A stretch of DNA of 64,000 nucleotides from positions 190,684 to 254,683 of the forward strand of contig JAJFLX010000003.1 in NCBI GenBank assembly GCA_021772465.1, written 5' to 3'. Below are positions 1 to 10,554 of this stretch, in pieces. A program made the position numbers and the translations under genes. This stretch comes from Chlamydiota bacterium. GTDB taxonomy: Bacteria; Chlamydiota; Chlamydiia; Chlamydiales; JAAKFR01. Within the stretch, counting starts at the first letter, position 1. Each line of letters starts with the position of its first letter. The notes under the pieces are model-generated. The model saw nothing but the letters and a program-made list of their open reading frames with translations. It ran no database searches and was not told the DNA's origin.

Positions 1-844
1 TTGACGTAGAGCGCTTTCTCATCCACAAATCGCCCTTCAACAGTGACGCTAGCCTTTTCGCAGTCGATGAGTGAAACCCCGATGGCATACCCCACACTCT
101 TCTCATTTTCAAAGGTAGGCAAGGTAACAAAATCGGTTACACTCTCGCTCGGAACTGGAAGGCGTATGTCGTTAAAATCGAGATCTGCATGAGCGTACTT
201 AATCGCTGCATAGAAGGAGAGAATGTTGATGCGGTGGGCCACACCTAGCCCTATCTGCCACTCCTTGTAGAAGAGGTCCACTGAGCTACTAGGGTAGTTA
301 CTAAAGTCGCAACAAAGGCTAACCCGAGTGAGGTGAGGTTTTGTTTGAAAATACTGCCCCTCAAGGCCAAGCACAGTCGAGCCGCACTCCCAAAGCGTAG
401 TGCGCAAACCAACACTCCAAGAAAAGTCGGTCCCACTTTCAAGGGTAAGGCGTGACCCTTCATTCATGCTTTGGTTGTAGAAAGGAGAGTCATTGGTCTC
501 AATAAATAGATTAGTAGCGCCGAGGGTGAGAAATAGATCGGTTCGATCCCACAGATTCACATCAAAGTAGAAAGCATTTGTAAAAATCTCAGTGCACTCT
601 ATGTCCGCATCAAAATGGCGGTGGTTAGAATCGAGATGGCGGTTGAACACATAGTCTCCATAAAACCCAAAACGGAGACTCATCGCATCACACCAGGTCA
701 AGCAAGGATCACACGGATCGGCGCAGTGCCCCTCGCAGAAAAGACCATCACAGAGAAGAGTCGCCTCCGATGGGTTGCCAACTGGAAGCGCAAACACTGA
801 GAGCGAGGTGAAAGCAGCTACAGCTGCAGTAAAAAATTTTGTCA
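1..844 (-). CDS. MOMP-family (chlamydial major outer membrane protein-like) porin; 3' end runs off the window
   Basis: Absent from the ORF track because it is open to the window edge. My minus-strand translation from ATG 844-842 is stop-free to nt 1: MTKFFTAAVAAFTSLSVFALPVGNPSEATLLCDGLFCEGHCADPCDPCLTWCDAMSLRFGFYGDYVFNR...ASVTVEGRFVDEKALYV. It has a signal peptide plus the hallmark MOMP blocks LPVGNP, CDPC.TWCDA, R.G.YGD.VF.R and the C-terminal VTVE.R..DE. Confidence 0.8.
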
Positions 845-941
845 TGATGCCTTCTCAAAATCTAAAGGACCACAATAGAAAAAAATTGCAATTTCTATCA
901 ACTAGTGGCATTCTAAACACAAATTTTATATAATCTTTAGA

Positions 942-1709
942 ATGTCTCTCACTGGTTTTGTTATCGAGTCTTTCGGGTTAAGCGATATAGGTTTAATGCG
1001 TGAACACAATGAGGATGTGTGGGTTACTTGCCCCGAATCGAACTTATTTCTTCTTGCAGATGGAATGGGTGGGCATGCCGCGGGTGAGGTCGCTGCTAAA
1101 GAGGCGGCCACTGTTTTACTCGGACTTACTAAGCAGTGGCAACCCACTAAACAGACTACTCCAATAGAAGCAGTCTCATTTTTTCGCGAGGCTATTCCAA
1201 AAGTAAATGCTCATATTTTTGAGCACGCTGCAAATGACTCTTCCCTCACAGGAATGGGTACGACGCTGTGCGCTCTTTTCTTTTTCAAGGGACATGCCAT
1301 TCTCACACATGTCGGCGATAGTCGCATCTACAGAATGAGGGGAAAGCAACTCGACCAGCTTACTGAAGATCATTCATTAGTAGCTGAGTTAGTAGGTCTT
1401 GGAGCAATGAAACCACATGAAACGGGGACTTACCCCTATAAACATGTTCTCACACGCGCAGTCGGGACCCACCGGTCTGTCGAGCCTACAGTGAATTACC
1501 TCCTTGTCGAGGAGGGAGACCTATTTATGCTTTGCTCTGATGGGCTTACGAATATGGTTGCAGATGAGGAGATCGCTGGGATTCTCGATTCTGAGCTCGC
1601 GCTTTGTAAAAAATCAGAGGCTTTGATTGAACTTGCCAATGAGCGCGGTGGAGGAGACAATATTACCACGGTTCTTGTGGAGGTGAAGGGAGTTGATTTA
1701 CCTCGATAA
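942..1709 (+). CDS. PP2C-family Ser/Thr protein phosphatase
   Basis: 255 aa with PP2C motifs: SDIGLMREHNED, LLADGMGGHAAGEVAA, GTTL, CSDGL and the C-terminal GGGDNITTVLVEV. Confidence 0.85.
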   Translation: MSLTGFVIESFGLSDIGLMREHNEDVWVTCPESNLFLLADGMGGHAAGEVAAKEAATVLLGLTKQWQPTKQTTPIEAVSFFREAIPKVNAHIFEHAANDSSLTGMGTTLCALFFFKGHAILTHVGDSRIYRMRGKQLDQLTEDHSLVAELVGLGAMKPHETGTYPYKHVLTRAVGTHRSVEPTVNYLLVEEGDLFMLCSDGLTNMVADEEIAGILDSELALCKKSEALIELANERGGGDNITTVLVEVKGVDLPR

Positions 1710-2799
1710 TAATGCGACCACTCTGCTCGATCCCCGCGTTTTTCAGGCTATGGAGCCTATTTTAAAGGGAGAATATGGGAACCCCTCGAGTATCCACCGG
1801 CTCGGTCAAAAAGCGCGCGCAGCTCTTGTAGAGGCGACTTATGAGATCGCCTCATATTTTGGTGTTACACCCCAAGAGGTGCTTTTCACTTCAGGCGCGA
1901 CTGAGGCGTTGAATCTATTTGCCCCCAAAGAGGGCCACGTGATCACCTCAACGCTCGAGCACCCCGCGCTTCTCGAGCCGCTCAAACGTTCAAGCGCTCA
2001 GGTAACCTATCTCGACCCACCAAGGGGCCTTGGAGCTATTGGAGTGGAGCAGATCCGTGAGGCCATTCGCCCCGAGACAACCCATCTTATTTTTGGGGGA
2101 GCCAATAGCGAGACGGGGGTGTGCACTCCAATCGATATGATTGCTGAGCTGGCATTGGAAAAGAACCTCCATTTTTTTGTCGATGGCGTGCAACTGCTTG
2201 GAAAAGAAGTTATTAATCTCCATCCTGGAATCTCAGCCATCTGTTTTAGTGGACACAAGATACACGGTCCTACAGGTGTTGGAGTGGTAATCACTCGCAC
2301 CCCTCTTGATCCATTGATCGTAGGAGGCGCGCAGCAGGGAGGGAGAAGAGCCGGGAGCGAAAATCTTGCGGCGATTGTCGGTTTGGCAAAAGCAATTTCC
2401 CTCCTTGTAGAAGAGCTGCCGGAGGCAGAAAGGCAAATGGGTCAGCTTCGCGATAGTCTTGACAGAGGATTACGCCAGAGTATTGGGGACATTCTTGTCC
2501 ATGGTGAGCGAGAACCTCGCCTTTGCAACACATCACTTATTGCCTTTCCGGGACAAGATGCTGAGTTGCTTCTCATGAGACTAGATCTAGAAGGGATTGC
2601 AGCAAGTTACGGATCCGCGTGCTCCTCTGGAAGCTTGGAGTCTTCAAAGGTCTTACGTGCGATGGGAGTGCCCTCTCATGTGGCTCGAAGTACGCTCCGC
2701 TTCTCGCTCAGTCGTTTTACAACTGAAGCTGAAATTACTCAGCTTGTTCGCGTATTATCTCTCCAGTGTCTTGATAGTCAATATTTTAATTCCAAGTAG
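1693..2799 (+). CDS. Cysteine desulfurase (NifS/IscS-type class V aminotransferase)
   Basis: 368 aa. It starts IYLDNNATTLLDPRV, has the PLP-lysine motif SGHKIHGPTGVG and the catalytic-loop region SYGSACSSG. Confidence 0.85.
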   Translation: MIYLDNNATTLLDPRVFQAMEPILKGEYGNPSSIHRLGQKARAALVEATYEIASYFGVTPQEVLFTSGATEALNLFAPKEGHVITSTLEHPALLEPLKRSSAQVTYLDPPRGLGAIGVEQIREAIRPETTHLIFGGANSETGVCTPIDMIAELALEKNLHFFVDGVQLLGKEVINLHPGISAICFSGHKIHGPTGVGVVITRTPLDPLIVGGAQQGGRRAGSENLAAIVGLAKAISLLVEELPEAERQMGQLRDSLDRGLRQSIGDILVHGEREPRLCNTSLIAFPGQDAELLLMRLDLEGIAASYGSACSSGSLESSKVLRAMGVPSHVARSTLRFSLSRFTTEAEITQLVRVLSLQCLDSQYFNSK

Positions 2800-3954
2800 A
2801 GTCGTCTCCTCAACGATTAATTCATACTCACCGACGATGACTGAATCTCCAACAGCTGGGGGGTGATCGAGAAGAGAGATCATTAGAGCAGCAAGGTTTT
2901 CATTTTCGTGAGCCGGGAGAAGGGCATGGTATTCTTGATTAAAAGCCTCAATTTTGGTGGTTCCAGCGAAGGTGCGCTCCATGACAAGAGGGGTTCCTTC
3001 TAGTAAATGGGGTTGTCCAAAGATTTCCTCTAAAATCGCATCCAATGAGAGCAGTCCTATAGCTGCGCCATCTGAATCGAGTACAACAGCCACAGATTGC
3101 TGGTTGCGACGAAATTGAGCGAGGATCGGCATTAAAGGGGAGGATCCTGTAATGAACCAAGGTGATTTTGCATGATCTTTTACCTTCTCGTCATCGGGCA
3201 GATCAACCAGATCTCGCGAGAAGGCAATAGCTACAATATGTGAATGAGTCCGGTGGTAGAGGGGAAAAAGTGGCCGCTTTGCTCTCAGCGCATTTTTGCG
3301 CAGCTCAGAGACTGTGAGAGAGGCAGAACACATTTCTATCGCATGGAGAGGGGTCATAATTTGAGCAGCATTCTTTCCTCGAAGCGTAAAGATGTTTGAG
3401 ACAACGCTATTGAACTCACTCTCTTCTTCATGGCTTTCAATAACCTTTTGCAACTCATCTCGGCTTAGAAGGGGGGAGAGTTCGTCTTTACCTCCGAAGA
3501 TACGTAGAATCACCTGGGCGAGTTGAGCGAAAATCCAGATAAGAGGAGCAAAGAGTCGGCTCGCTCCATACACAACAGGAATTCCGAGCATGGCGACGTG
3601 CTCAGAGTAGCGGCGCGCAGCAAATAGAGGGGCAAGCTCGGCTAAAATGACCACAAGAAAGATTTGAGTCAGAGGAGCGAGATCGGGGTTAAGATTGAGA
3701 GAGGTGTAGAATTCTCGAGAGCTTTGCGATCCTACTTGAAGGGCAACATTGACACCAATCATGATGGTTCCAAAGAGACGTGGAGGCTTTTCGAGAAGCT
3801 TTTCTAACCAAATGGCCCGTTTGATCCCTTTGCTGACGTAGTATTCTAGTCTCACCCGGTTGAAAGAGAGGGCTGCCATCTCAACCATCGAAAAGAAGCC
3901 CTCAATGGCGATGCACAAAAGTGTGAGCATGAGCCAGGTGATTGGACTATTCAT
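2755..3954 (-). CDS. CNNM/CorC-HlyC family transporter (DUF21 + CBS pair + CorC_HlyC domain)
   Basis: It has an N-terminal 4-TM DUF21-like region, a central CBS region and the C-terminal motif GDSVIVGEYELIVEE. I chose the start at the internal Met (MNSPITW), which gives an 8-nt overlap with the upstream paralog. The ORF-track start is 4026. Confidence 0.8.
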   Translation of the reverse strand: MNSPITWLMLTLLCIAIEGFFSMVEMAALSFNRVRLEYYVSKGIKRAIWLEKLLEKPPRLFGTIMIGVNVALQVGSQSSREFYTSLNLNPDLAPLTQIFLVVILAELAPLFAARRYSEHVAMLGIPVVYGASRLFAPLIWIFAQLAQVILRIFGGKDELSPLLSRDELQKVIESHEEESEFNSVVSNIFTLRGKNAAQIMTPLHAIEMCSASLTVSELRKNALRAKRPLFPLYHRTHSHIVAIAFSRDLVDLPDDEKVKDHAKSPWFITGSSPLMPILAQFRRNQQSVAVVLDSDGAAIGLLSLDAILEEIFGQPHLLEGTPLVMERTFAGTTKIEAFNQEYHALLPAHENENLAALMISLLDHPPAVGDSVIVGEYELIVEETTLLGIKILTIKTLER

Positions 3955-5173
3955 GAGAGAGCCGCCTGATATAAATTCTACGGACGCGATTTGCATCTGC
4001 TGAGAGGACTTGGAATAAAAAACCATTCCAGAGATGCTTGGTGCCGCTTTTCGGGATATCTCCTAGCTGCTCAGAAAGCCAACCTCCTAAAGTCACCACA
4101 TTGTTTTCAGAAGGAAGTGCCACTCCCATCAGCTCTTCAAACTCGCTGAGTTCAAATTTTCCGCTCGTGATAATAATCCCTTTTCCCGCATGGGTATATC
4201 GAATTTTTTCTTCCCGGCTATCGGAAATTTCCCCTACCACAACCTCAAAGAGATCCTCTTTAGTGATCAGACCTGAAACAGAGCCATACTCATCGATCAC
4301 AACGCCCATCTGCTCATTTCTGAGAAAAAAGTGACGAAGTAAGGTGCGCGCTGCAATCGTTTCTGGGACATAATAAGGTTTACTCAAAAAGGGAAGTAAA
4401 TCATTCGGCTGCTCGATTGTGGGGAGGTGTATAAAAAATAAATCGGCTGAGAGAATTCCAAGTAAATTTTGGAGATCGGATCGACAAACAGGGACTCTTC
4501 CACAGTGTTTCTCAGTAAAAAGCTCATGGAGATGACTTAGGGGGGTCTCAATGTCATAAAATAGGATTTCCTCTCTGGGGTGCATCCGCTCTTTAACCGT
4601 ATATTCAGTAAGCGAGAGGTAGCCATCTACAAGTCCGGCCTCTTCTCGATTCAAAATTCCACTTGATTCGGAGCTTTTAAGTACATAGCGCAGCTCATCT
4701 TTAGAGATCTCTTTCTCTTTTTTTAGGAAGAAAAAGAGAAAGCGGTAGCAGTGTGTGGCGATGAAAATCATGCCCTTTCGTATGGGGCCTATGAGCCTTT
4801 GTAGAAAGGCGATCACACCCGCAACTCGGTATGAGATTGCACGATTGTGTGCTATAGCCAGGGTTTTAGGGATAATCTCACCGAGCGTGAGTGTAATCAA
4901 AAGGGGAACTCCCACCTTCAAGAGCCAGCTCGAACTCGGTCCAAAGAGACTGGCAGCACTATTTTGGATCAAAAGATTGGCTCCAATATCGCAGAAAAGC
5001 AAAGTCACGAGCAGATCGCGGGGGCGGGCAACCAGCCTATAGATTAGACGTTTTTTGGGATCTTGATGCTTGGCATAAAGCTTGAGTTCTGTCGATGAGA
5101 GCGAAAAAAGTGAGACCTGAGAAAGTGAAAGAAAACCCGATGCGAGCGTAAAGAGGATGACAAAGATAATCAT
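3947..5173 (-). CDS. CNNM/CorC-HlyC family transporter, tandem paralog
   Basis: 408 aa with the same DUF21-CBS-CorC architecture (GEIIPK, CBS region, LGGWLSEQLGDIPKSG). It is tandem with the preceding gene. Confidence 0.8.
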   Translation of the reverse strand: MIIFVILFTLASGFLSLSQVSLFSLSSTELKLYAKHQDPKKRLIYRLVARPRDLLVTLLFCDIGANLLIQNSAASLFGPSSSWLLKVGVPLLITLTLGEIIPKTLAIAHNRAISYRVAGVIAFLQRLIGPIRKGMIFIATHCYRFLFFFLKKEKEISKDELRYVLKSSESSGILNREEAGLVDGYLSLTEYTVKERMHPREEILFYDIETPLSHLHELFTEKHCGRVPVCRSDLQNLLGILSADLFFIHLPTIEQPNDLLPFLSKPYYVPETIAARTLLRHFFLRNEQMGVVIDEYGSVSGLITKEDLFEVVVGEISDSREEKIRYTHAGKGIIITSGKFELSEFEELMGVALPSENNVVTLGGWLSEQLGDIPKSGTKHLWNGFLFQVLSADANRVRRIYIRRLSHE

Positions 5174-5535
5174 GGACTCAAAGAGCTCTTCACAAAGTGA
5201 ACTTTGGTTTGTCCCTCAGGAACAAGCCCGAGACGGCGCATCAAAGCGAGCTCAATAAAGGCTGGGTCCTGGCTACTAGCGATCTGAAGTGCAAGCTCGT
5301 CGGCTTTTTCGATCTCATGCGCTTTTTGCTCTGCAATCGAAATTAATTTCTCCTTCAATCTCTGTTCTTCGCGTTTTTTTTGCGCTAGCGCACGGTCATA
5401 GGCAAAGAAGCAGAGAAGAATAAAGAGGAGAACCCACCACGATTTGAGAACGACCTCTTCAAAGAGTCGCGATCGTTTATACGCGAGGGACCGTAATCCC
5501 CGTCTGTCTTTGGTATTTTCCATTTCTCTCTGCAT
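5170..5535 (-). CDS. FtsB/DivIC-like septum formation initiator (single TM plus coiled coil); start uncertain
   Basis: A TM segment ([14 protein letters not shown]) is followed by a coiled coil. The C-terminal [25 protein letters not shown] resembles the DivIC/FtsB C-terminal block. The ORF-track N-terminus (to 5679) overlaps dcd heavily, so an internal Met is more likely. Confidence 0.5.
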   Translation of the reverse strand: MQREMENTKDRRGLRSLAYKRSRLFEEVVLKSWWVLLFILLCFFAYDRALAQKKREEQRLKEKLISIAEQKAHEIEKADELALQIASSQDPAFIELALMRRLGLVPEGQTKVHFVKSSLSP

Positions 5536-6046
5536 AAGATACTTGGCAAGCGTTCTCAGCCTCAAAAAAGATGACTTGAGCGATCCCCTCATTCGCATAA
5601 ATTTTTGCGGGGAGAGGGGTGGTATTGGAAATTTCGATAGTGACATGCCCTTCCCACTCTGGCTCAAAGGGTGTGACATTTACAATAATGCCACATCTCG
5701 CATAGGTCGATTTTCCAAGGCAAATGGTCAGAATATTACGAGGGATTTTAAAGTATTCAACGGTTCGAGCCAGTGCAAACGAGTTTGGGGGGATGATGCA
5801 CATATCAGCATGGATATCGACAAAAGCATCTTCTGTAAATGCTTTAGGGTCGACAAGGGAGTTGTATACATTAGTAAAGACCTTGAAGTGGTTTGAAACC
5901 CGCACGTCGTAGCCGTAGCTTGAAAGACCGTAACTGACGATCCTCTCGCCGCTGCTGTCGACACTTTGCAAGGAATCGACAAAAGGAGCAATCATCTGCT
6001 TCTCTTCAGCCATTTTTTTGATCCATCGATCTTCGCGCATTCCCAT
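5477..6046 (-). CDS. dcd: dCTP deaminase
   Basis: 189 aa of typical Dcd length and sequence ([43 protein letters not shown]). Confidence 0.9.
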   Translation of the reverse strand: MGMREDRWIKKMAEEKQMIAPFVDSLQSVDSSGERIVSYGLSSYGYDVRVSNHFKVFTNVYNSLVDPKAFTEDAFVDIHADMCIIPPNSFALARTVEYFKIPRNILTICLGKSTYARCGIIVNVTPFEPEWEGHVTIEISNTTPLPAKIYANEGIAQVIFFEAENACQVSYAERNGKYQRQTGITVPRV

Positions 6047-6108
6047 CTTAAGCCTCCAGGAAATAGGTATAGCCTTTGATTCAGTTTTTTGCTACATTCT
6101 TCTCGTAT

Positions 6109-7113
6109 ATGGCAGAGAACCCTTCCTATGTAAATTCGACTTTAGTTGTAGAGGATCATTCTTTTGAGATTCCTTTGCGCCCACAAACACTGTCCGATTT
6201 TGTAGGCCAAGAGGAGGTCAAAGCGCGCCTTGAGGTTTTAATTGGCGCTGCAAAGCAACGAGGTGAGCCCATGGGTCATTGTCTCCTCTCGGGTCCTCCT
6301 GGTCTTGGAAAAACTACTTTGGCCAACATCATCTCAAAGACTATGGGCAGCTCTCTAGTTATTACCTCTGGCCCTATGCTCGAAAAACCGGGCGATCTAG
6401 CAGGGCTTTTGACGAATTTACAAGAAGGGGATGTCTTGTTTATCGATGAGATTCATCGGATGCAGCGGACTGTTGAAGAGTATCTCTATCCTGCCATGGA
6501 AGATTTTGTGCTCGATTTGATGATCGACAGCGGTCCAAATGCGCGCTCGGTTCAAGTGAAATTAAATCCTTTTACGTTGATCGGCGCTACGACGCGCTCT
6601 GGGCTTTTGACCGCCCCCTTGCGTTCTCGCTTTGGATTGAGCTGCCGCCTTGATTACTACCAGCCCGATGTGTTAGAAAGTATTCTCGCTCGCACTGGAG
6701 GGCTGCTTCGTGTCGAGATTGATGGTGCGGGGCTCGCGGAGATTGCCAAACGCGCACGCGGGACGCCGAGGGTTGCGAATAATCTCCTCCGTTGGGTTCG
6801 CGATTTTGCCCAGATGCGCACCGACGGGGTGATCAATAGAGACGTCGTTTTTCAAGCGCTGGCGATGCTCTCCATCGACGGGGAGGGACTCGATGAAATG
6901 GATAAAAAAATCCTTCAGGTGATGATCGAGCACTATGGTGGGGGGCCTGTTGGTCTAAGTACGCTTGCTATTGCAATAGGAGAGGAGGGGCAGACGATCG
7001 AAGAGGTCTATGAGCCTTTCCTCATTCTACGAGGATTTATAAAACGAACTCCCCGAGGAAGGGTGGCTACTGACAAGGCCTACCTCCATCTGGGGCAAAA
7101 AATAAGGGACTAA
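6109..7113 (+). CDS. ruvB: Holliday junction branch migration helicase RuvB
   Basis: Walker [12 protein letters not shown], Walker [27 protein letters not shown] and the [16 protein letters not shown] motif. Start set at the internal Met (MAENPS). Confidence 0.95.
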   Translation: MAENPSYVNSTLVVEDHSFEIPLRPQTLSDFVGQEEVKARLEVLIGAAKQRGEPMGHCLLSGPPGLGKTTLANIISKTMGSSLVITSGPMLEKPGDLAGLLTNLQEGDVLFIDEIHRMQRTVEEYLYPAMEDFVLDLMIDSGPNARSVQVKLNPFTLIGATTRSGLLTAPLRSRFGLSCRLDYYQPDVLESILARTGGLLRVEIDGAGLAEIAKRARGTPRVANNLLRWVRDFAQMRTDGVINRDVVFQALAMLSIDGEGLDEMDKKILQVMIEHYGGGPVGLSTLAIAIGEEGQTIEEVYEPFLILRGFIKRTPRGRVATDKAYLHLGQKIRD

Positions 7114-7116
7114 GAA

Positions 7117-7914
7117 ATGAGAAAAGCTATGTTGCTCGCCTGCGCGTTGGGGATGTTGCTTCCTTTAAGCGCCGCCTCATCAAAAAAAACTGGGATTCCA
7201 GTGGGGCCTAAAATCAGCATCTTACTTGCAAAAGAAGTGGACTCTGCAGTGCTCGAAGTAAAAGGGAAATACCGCGTTCGGCGGAAGGATTCAGGAGAAG
7301 GCATTAGCGGCGGGATTAACGGGAAACGTTTTGTCGTTCATGCTCTGCAAGACGGATTGCGATGGGGTGAAGAATACCCGGATGTATTTCAGCTCGAGCT
7401 AATTCCTGGAAGTGAAGAAACTCAGTTTTTTGTAAATGGGATGCAATATGTTGGAAATCTCTCTGTATACCATGTAAAAAACAACAAGATTACTCTTGTA
7501 AATGAGGTCTCGATTGAAGAGTTTTTAAAGTCGACGCTTCCCTTGAAACACGACATTCCACACAGCCCAGAGGCGCTTTCTGCCCTCATTATTGCCGCAA
7601 GAACTGAGGCGTATGCTCGGACTCAGTCCGGATCAAGGCGGTGTCCTTGGCACATCTCGGCTGAAGAGGCTGGCTATTTTGGTAGGGGAGTGACTCAACA
7701 AAAGTATGGAATTGAAAAAGCGGTCGACTCAACCCGATTCATGGTCCTCAAATCTGTTAAGGAGCAACTTTCGCCAAAAGTTCTCTCTCTTGATCCTATG
7801 AAAGTTGAGGAGCTAGCAGTGCGAGGTTTGGATGCGGGGCGCATTTTTGAGAATCTCTATCCCCATCTTCGCATGGGGGTCACGATCGACCCAAAAGAGA
7901 TGATTACTCGCTAA
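7117..7914 (+). CDS. SpoIID/LytB-domain protein (secreted, peptidoglycan-related)
   Basis: Signal peptide MRKAMLLACALGMLLPLSAA. IEEFLKSTLPLKHDIPHSPEALSALIIAARTEAYAR resembles the SpoIID core (EEYL...E....EALKAQA.AART.A). Confidence 0.6.
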   Translation: MRKAMLLACALGMLLPLSAASSKKTGIPVGPKISILLAKEVDSAVLEVKGKYRVRRKDSGEGISGGINGKRFVVHALQDGLRWGEEYPDVFQLELIPGSEETQFFVNGMQYVGNLSVYHVKNNKITLVNEVSIEEFLKSTLPLKHDIPHSPEALSALIIAARTEAYARTQSGSRRCPWHISAEEAGYFGRGVTQQKYGIEKAVDSTRFMVLKSVKEQLSPKVLSLDPMKVEELAVRGLDAGRIFENLYPHLRMGVTIDPKEMITR

Positions 7915-9943
7915 AAACTTTCAACACAAGAGCTGAGTAGGATGCGAGCTTAAAAGTCGATCCTTCGATGGGTTTCAAATCCCTCTCTTCTACGATATCA
8001 TGGGGAGAGGGATTTGCTGTATAAATGAGAAGGTGCCAGGGATTTCCAGCATGGGGAAGGTGAGCTGTCACCTCTTCAGGGGAGGTGTTGAAAGCGATAT
8101 AGAGCGAGTAGGGACTTAGTGGATCTGGAAGCGTGCAGGCGATGAAGCGGCTCTGAGCTCCCCAGTCGGGCTTTTCAGGCTCGATGCCATGCCAGGTGAT
8201 ATCGCCAGGTCCTAAAAAGCGAGCTCTTGTCAACACAGGGTGTTGTTTCCTAAAATCTATACACATTTGGTAGAAGCGGAAAAACTCTTTTCGCATTTCT
8301 AGTGTATCCCATTGAAACCAATTGAGCCTGGAGTCGTGCGCCCAACTGTTATTATTTCCAAATTTTGTATGACCATACTCATCGCCCATAAGTAGCATGG
8401 GCACGCCCTGAGAGACCATAAGAGCGAGGTGAAGATTTTTCATCTGCCTCTCACGCAACTGAGAAAACGCTAGATCGTCACTCTCTCCCTCGATGCCACA
8501 GTTCCAACTGGCATTATCCTGGGTTCCATCTCGGTTCTCCTCCCCATTCGCTTCGTTGTGTTTTTCGTTATATGAGACGAGATCGGCAAGGGTAAAACCG
8601 TCATGGGCGGTGATGAAATTGATGCTGTGGTGGGGCAATCTTCCATGTCCATAGAGGTCTTGAGATCCACTGATACGGGTGGCAAATTCTCCCAGTTGCC
8701 CATCCGTCCCTTTAATGAAACGTCGGACGCAGTCCCTGTATTTCCCATTCCACTCTGCCCACGTCCCTTTAGCGGGGAAAGTGCCTACCTGGTAGAGCCC
8801 CCCTGCATCCCATGCTTCGGCAATGAGCTTGGTCCCAGATAAAACGGGATCGAGGGTAATAGCTTCTACAATAGGAGGATCTTCAAGAGGGGCGCCCTCA
8901 TTTGAACGAACTAAAATGGAGGCCAAATCAAAGCGGAATCCATCGACATGCATCTCTTGAACCCAGTAACGCAGGCTATCGCGTATGAGTTCTCGCACCA
9001 CAGGGTGATTGCAATTGACCGTATTGCCACACCCCGAAAAGTTGTAGTAGTCGCCTCCAGGCCCGAGCAAGTAGTAGACTGAGTTTTCCAACCCTTTGAA
9101 AGATAAGAGAGGTCCCTCTTGATTTCCCTCAGCCGTGTGATTGTAAACAACATCTAAAATAACTTCGATGCCCGCCCCATGGAGGGCTTTTACTAACTCT
9201 TTGAACTCGACAAGGGGGCTTTTTTTTCCACTTCCGAAGCGGTTCATGGGAGAAAAGAAATTAATCGTCGAGTACCCCCAGTAGTTGTAGAGAGGCTCTC
9301 CTGTTTGAGGGTCGGTGTTAAGATTGTTTCTTTCATTAAACTCGAAGAGAGGAAGTAGCTCAACAGCATTGATTCCAAGTGATTTGAGATAGGGTATTTT
9401 TTCAATAATCCCAAGAAATGAACCCCTATCGTCGACCTGGCTTGAACTATCTTGTGTGAAACCTCTGACATGCATTTCGTAGATGATCAGCTCTTTAAGG
9501 GCTAGATTGGGGTGAGTATCTCCTTCCCAATCGAAGGGCTCTTTTGGATCGATCACTCCTTTGTGGATGTGAGTAGAATCTCGGGCTCTTGAAGCCCCCC
9601 ATTCAAAAGGGCTGACCACCTGCTTGGCGTAAGGGTCTAGCAAGATTCTGCGGTTATCAAAAAAATGTCCTTTAAGTGGATCGTAGGGACCATCGACTCG
9701 ATAGCCATAGTGGTAGCTTAAAGGGACATCAGGCAAGAAGCAGTGCCACATGTTTCCAGTGCGATGAATTTTGGGATCAAGAGAGATTTCGCAGCAAGGA
9801 GTGGTCTCGGCTGGATCAAAAAGACAGAGAGAAATGGCTGTCGCATTTTCAGAAAAAACTGCAAAATTGACCCCTCCTTGACTTGTTGTCGCACCAAAGG
9901 GGAGGGGAGAGCCCCTTTCGATCTTCTCGGGTTGAAATACCAT
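7904..9943 (-). CDS. glgX: Glycogen debranching enzyme GlgX (GH13)
   Basis: 679 aa with GH13 catalytic blocks: DVVYNHT, GFRFDLASIL, AEAWD and FITAHDGFTL. Confidence 0.9.
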   Translation of the reverse strand: MVFQPEKIERGSPLPFGATTSQGGVNFAVFSENATAISLCLFDPAETTPCCEISLDPKIHRTGNMWHCFLPDVPLSYHYGYRVDGPYDPLKGHFFDNRRILLDPYAKQVVSPFEWGASRARDSTHIHKGVIDPKEPFDWEGDTHPNLALKELIIYEMHVRGFTQDSSSQVDDRGSFLGIIEKIPYLKSLGINAVELLPLFEFNERNNLNTDPQTGEPLYNYWGYSTINFFSPMNRFGSGKKSPLVEFKELVKALHGAGIEVILDVVYNHTAEGNQEGPLLSFKGLENSVYYLLGPGGDYYNFSGCGNTVNCNHPVVRELIRDSLRYWVQEMHVDGFRFDLASILVRSNEGAPLEDPPIVEAITLDPVLSGTKLIAEAWDAGGLYQVGTFPAKGTWAEWNGKYRDCVRRFIKGTDGQLGEFATRISGSQDLYGHGRLPHHSINFITAHDGFTLADLVSYNEKHNEANGEENRDGTQDNASWNCGIEGESDDLAFSQLRERQMKNLHLALMVSQGVPMLLMGDEYGHTKFGNNNSWAHDSRLNWFQWDTLEMRKEFFRFYQMCIDFRKQHPVLTRARFLGPGDITWHGIEPEKPDWGAQSRFIACTLPDPLSPYSLYIAFNTSPEEVTAHLPHAGNPWHLLIYTANPSPHDIVEERDLKPIEGSTFKLASYSALVLKVFSE

Positions 9944-10056
9944 ATAGTCTCAGTTAGCACCTCTATTTAGAAAAGGCAACAAAAAGGTGTGAGGAAAATC
10001 TTGCTATGCTATAAAGGCCGTAAATTTTGACATTTTCGCTGAAGGAAGGAGATCAT

Positions 10057-10554
10057 ATGTCACTGGAAAATGCTAAGGAAAACCTGAAAGAATTCGGCAA
10101 GGAGCTCGGATTAGAAGGCCTAAATTACGACGAGAATAACACCTGTATCCTTGGGATTGATGATGAGTTCTCCATGCATCTTACTTTCGAGCCTAACTCA
10201 GACAGGCTCTACGTTTACTCCCCTCTTCTTGATGGTCTTCCACAAGATACTCAGACGCGCATGAAACTCTATGAGAAATTGCTTGAAGGTTCCATGCTAG
10301 GTGGCCAGATGGCCGGTGGTGGTGTTGGTGTCGCTGTTAAAGAGGAGTTAATTCTCATGCACTGCGTCATTGACATGGCCTACGCTGTTCCCTCGCTTTT
10401 GCGCGCTTTCGCTCCACTTTACGTAGAGACTGTAGAGAAATGGAGAACCGTCTGCCGCGATATTTGCGAAGGAAGAGAACCCTCCGTAGACACCATGCCC
10501 AAGCCTCCCCCAAATCAGCCTCCTCCACAACCTGGTTCAGGGATTCGGGCGTAA
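10057..10554 (+). CDS. slc1: CesT/SycE-family type III secretion chaperone (Slc1-like)
   Basis: NAKENLKEFGKELGL, DRLYVYSPLLDGLP, LYEKLLEGSMLGGQMAGGGVGVA, LILMHCV and VEKWRTVC match my recollection of chlamydial Slc1 almost block for block. AGGAG lies 6 nt upstream of this ATG. Confidence 0.85.
   Translation: MSLENAKENLKEFGKELGLEGLNYDENNTCILGIDDEFSMHLTFEPNSDRLYVYSPLLDGLPQDTQTRMKLYEKLLEGSMLGGQMAGGGVGVAVKEELILMHCVIDMAYAVPSLLRAFAPLYVETVEKWRTVCRDICEGREPSVDTMPKPPPNQPPPQPGSGIRA

Noticed and set aside
5536-5679. The N-terminal 48 codons of the ORF-track model for the FtsB-like gene
   Set aside because: This part overlaps the conserved C-terminus of dcd in another frame and lacks any feature. An internal Met just before the TM helix is more plausible.
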